Shown: positions 61,200 through 64,000 of the stretch, piece after piece
How positions within the stretch are numbered: position 1 is the stretch's first letter
Layout of the letters: each line of letters begins with the position of its first letter
From: Acidobacteriota bacterium
GTDB lineage: Bacteria; Acidobacteriota; UBA6911; RPQK01; JAJDTT01
NCBI GenBank assembly: GCA_965209055.1
Contig: OZ242374.1
Location: forward strand, 5,088,001-5,152,000
Length of the DNA stretch: 64,000 nt
Direction: 5' to 3'
Made by a program: the position numbers and the translations under genes
Notes under the pieces: model-generated
Seen by the model: only the letters and a program-made list of their open reading frames with translations
Database searches by the model: none
Told to the model about the DNA's origin: nothing

Positions 61200-62372
61200 C
61201 TACATCTGGGGAATGAGGGTGACCGGGAGATCTTCGCGCCCTTCGCGGGCCGCGTAGGGCCCGTCACGCTGATAACGCTCGGCGGCTTTTCCCACCGCCT
61301 CCGGGTCCAGTTCGACCCCGATCCCGGGACCGTGCGGAATCTCGACGCATCCCTGCTCGACCCTGGGCGGACCTCCCCGGATGATATCTTCCTCACGCAT
61401 CGAGAGATAACTCTGATTGGCGTAGAGGAAATTGGGGCTGGAGGCGGCGACGTGAAAACCGGCGAAGTGGCCGACGCTGGTTTCCCCCCAGGAATGGTGA
61501 TTGACCCCGACGCCGTAGGCCTCGGCCAACGCCGCCGTCTTCTTGTAGGAGAGCAGTCCCCCCATCTGCCACTGGTCGACGACCAGAACGTCGGCGGCAT
61601 TGGCCTGCAGGATTCGCTTGGCGTCATACAGCGTCCAGGAGGACTGGTTGGCGGCAATGGGGGTGTTGACCGAACGCCGAACGTGGGCCAGGGCGTTCAG
61701 ATCGTTGATGATCACCGGCTCTTCCACCCACTCGAGATCGAACTTCTCCACCTGTTTGATGAAGCGGATCGCCGTCCCCGGGGTCCAGGCCTCGTTGGCG
61801 TCGACCCGGATGTTGGCTTTCTTCCCGACGGCGTCACGGACCGCTTCAATGGCGGCAATGTCGTCGTTCAGATCGCCTCCGACCTTGAAGAAGATGGTCT
61901 GGAAACCCTGGGAAACCGCTTTCCTGGCCCTCCGGACCATTTCGTCCAGAGGAAAGCGGAGAAGGTAGTAGAAGATGGGAATGCGCTCCCGCAGGCACCC
62001 GCCGAGCAGGAAATAGAGCGGCTGGCCCGACACTTTCCCCAGGATGTCCCAGAGCGCGGTTTCCACTCCTCCCATCATCACGTTGCCGACACGTTCGAAA
62101 TAGCTCCAGTTTCCGAGGCCCCTCAAATCATTGAGTATCCGCTCGATGTTTCTTGGATCCCGTCCCAGCAGGAACGGCTTGGCAGACAAAACGGCCGCTT
62201 CGATGACTTGTGCATTGGGCCGGCAGATGCACTCTCCCAACCCCGTCACGCCTTCGTCGGTCTCGACTTCAATGAGAATCTCGGTCGTCCCGAGACGATA
62301 TCCGGTGGAGACGAATTCCGGCTCCCGGTGGGGCAGATTCAAGCAGGTCGTCTTGATGTCGCTGATCTTCAA
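61200..62372 (-). CDS. Enolase-superfamily enzyme (Asn third metal ligand, glucarate dehydratase-like)
   Basis: ETALWDILGK, RVDANE, EEP, AANQ, HHSWGE, PGIGVELD. Confidence 0.9.
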   Translation of the reverse strand: MKISDIKTTCLNLPHREPEFVSTGYRLGTTEILIEVETDEGVTGLGECICRPNAQVIEAAVLSAKPFLLGRDPRNIERILNDLRGLGNWSYFERVGNVMMGGVETALWDILGKVSGQPLYFLLGGCLRERIPIFYYLLRFPLDEMVRRARKAVSQGFQTIFFKVGGDLNDDIAAIEAVRDAVGKKANIRVDANEAWTPGTAIRFIKQVEKFDLEWVEEPVIINDLNALAHVRRSVNTPIAANQSSWTLYDAKRILQANAADVLVVDQWQMGGLLSYKKTAALAEAYGVGVNHHSWGETSVGHFAGFHVAASSPNFLYANQSYLSMREEDIIRGGPPRVEQGCVEIPHGPGIGVELDPEAVGKAAERYQRDGPYAAREGREDLPVTLIPQM

Positions 62373-62413
62373 ACCAACGTCCTTTCAGAATCCCCGCCGG
62401 TCTCCCGCCATTT

Positions 62414-64000
62414 TCATCGAGGAATGACGGGAAGCACCAAGGCCGACGGGTACCGGGCGTCATGGTGGATGGCCTGCTTCGCGATCTTCGTTTCGGCGCT
62501 GGTTCCCAGGCGGTTGCCGGTATTCAGATTTCTCGCATAGCGGGGAAAATTGCTGCTGGAGACTTCGAGCCGGAATCGGTGGCCCGCCTTGAAGACGGTG
62601 CTGGTCTCCCAGAGGCTGATTCGGTACTCATAGATCTTGCCCGGTTCGATCAGGCTTGGATTCTCCAGAGACTCCCGGAACGAAGCCCGCATGATGCCTT
62701 CGCAGATGTGGATCGCGCGCCCGTCCGGATAGACTTCGGTGAGGGTCGCCGCGAAATCGGTGTCCTTGGCGGTCGAGGCTGCGTACAGCCTCAACTCGAC
62801 CGGCCCGGTGACTTCCATGTCCCGCTCCAGGGGCTGGCTCGTATACACGAGCACGTCGTCCCTTCGCTGCACCGGACGCCGGTCTCTCGGACCCTTCAGA
62901 TCGCCGTGGGTCGAGATCTGCCCTCCCAGCGTCGGCACCGGATCGTGGGGATTGTAGTGATAGGAATCCTTGGGGGCGGACGAGTTGTCCGGTTGTAGAG
63001 AAAGCCGGCCGTTCCCGTGAAGAGAGTTGGCGTTCCCGCTGCTGGAAAGGAAATAATTGGCCCACTTGGTCCGGGCCAGGGGCCACTCCGTCTCGTCTCT
63101 CCACCGGTCGTCTCCCATCACGAAGATGCGGATCGGCGCTTCCTGGTCAATTCCGTTTTCGATCCCCTTCAGCCAATAGTCGTACCATCGCAGGTGGACG
63201 GACTTCAGATCGGCGCCGTCGCCGAAGGTGACGGTCTTTCCGTCCGCCATGCGATAGCCACCGTGAGCCCAGGGACCCACCAGGATCTTGGTTCCCTTCC
63301 TCGCGGTTTCCGATCCGCCTTCCTCGCGCATGCCCTTGAAATTGCGAAACGCTTCGTGCACCAGGTTGTCGTACGAGCCAGTCATCAAGTAGGCGGGAAC
63401 CGTGATCTGGCCATATTTTTCCTTGACCCCATAGGCCTTCCAGTACGAGTCATACTTCCAGTGGCTCAGCCAATCCTTGTAGTAGGAACCTTACTGCAAG
63501 TCGTCCAAGGCCGTCATCAGGGGGAGCCTGCGAAAGACCTCCTCGTAATTCACCGTCACTTCTCCATGGGCGAAACGGGAGATGTTCGGCTGCAAGGTAT
63601 GGCCCGCGAGAAAGACTCCAGCCATGAATATGACGCCCAACTGGGGGACGCCGTCGTTGTAAAGATGGCCGAAGTTGGTCTGCTGGTTGGACGCCGGAAC
63701 CATGCATTTCAGGTAGGGGCTGCCCAGGGGAGCCGACATCAGGGCCGTGAAGCCGTCATAGGAGCGGCCGAACGTCCCCACCGAACCGTTGCACCAATCC
63801 TGCTGTCCCAGCCACTGCTGGGTGTCGTAACCGTCTTGCGGTTCATCGACGTAAGGTTCCCAGACCCCCTCGGCGTCGTAGCGCCCGCGCACATCCACCA
63901 GGGCGACTCCGTAGCCGCGGCGGGCAAAGTAGAGCCCCCAGGACACCTTCAGCGGACCGATGTTGTTCCCCCAGTAGGTCCGAAGCAGGAGACAGGGGAA
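62414..64000 (-). pseudogene. CocE/NonD family hydrolase, 5'-truncated by window, with in-frame TAA at 63491-63493
   Basis: DVRGRY, GRSYDG nucleophile, GPWAH, PVPTLGG, SSSNFPRY; ORFs 63491..63946 and 62414..63388 share a frame. Confidence 0.8.

Noticed and set aside
63491-63493. Stop-codon recoding (Sec/Pyl) in CocE
   Set aside because: The codon is TAA and no recoding context is evident.

Overview
GC-rich bacterial chromosomal window, mostly housekeeping. Gene order and protein style suggest Acidobacteriota (inference only). It starts with the 3' end of a TPP riboswitch, thiC and an M28 peptidase. A secreted tandem Cache-like gene is split by an intact IS5 (18-bp TIRs, TTAG duplication) and followed by an IS1202/ISNCY relic and tpx. 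Next come a membrane-anchored MlaF-like ATPase, a YerC/TrpR-led his operon lacking hisG and hisI/E, korAB, a TrmJ-like methylase, a radical SAM enzyme with a CX8CX2C motif, carAB, lepB and pdaD. The middle holds rplM-rpsI-rpsB-tsf-pyrH-frr, a pilNOPQ set without pilM, pepP-accBC-NSS transporter-thiE, ribD, the CBS/ybeY/7TM-HD cluster, the fab cluster and dgt. The last ~14 kb is a catabolic region: fused E1 plus E2, hydantoinase A/B, two enolase-superfamily enzymes, a LamG lipoprotein, an SSS transporter and a CocE hydrolase with an internal stop. The most novel sequence-level signal is a 79-bp nested-palindrome (REP-doublet-like) element present twice with compensatory stem changes, once between his genes and once translated in-frame inside the E2 gene. 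No tRNA, rRNA or CRISPR array was recognised, and I cannot claim a complete new multi-gene system from sequence alone.
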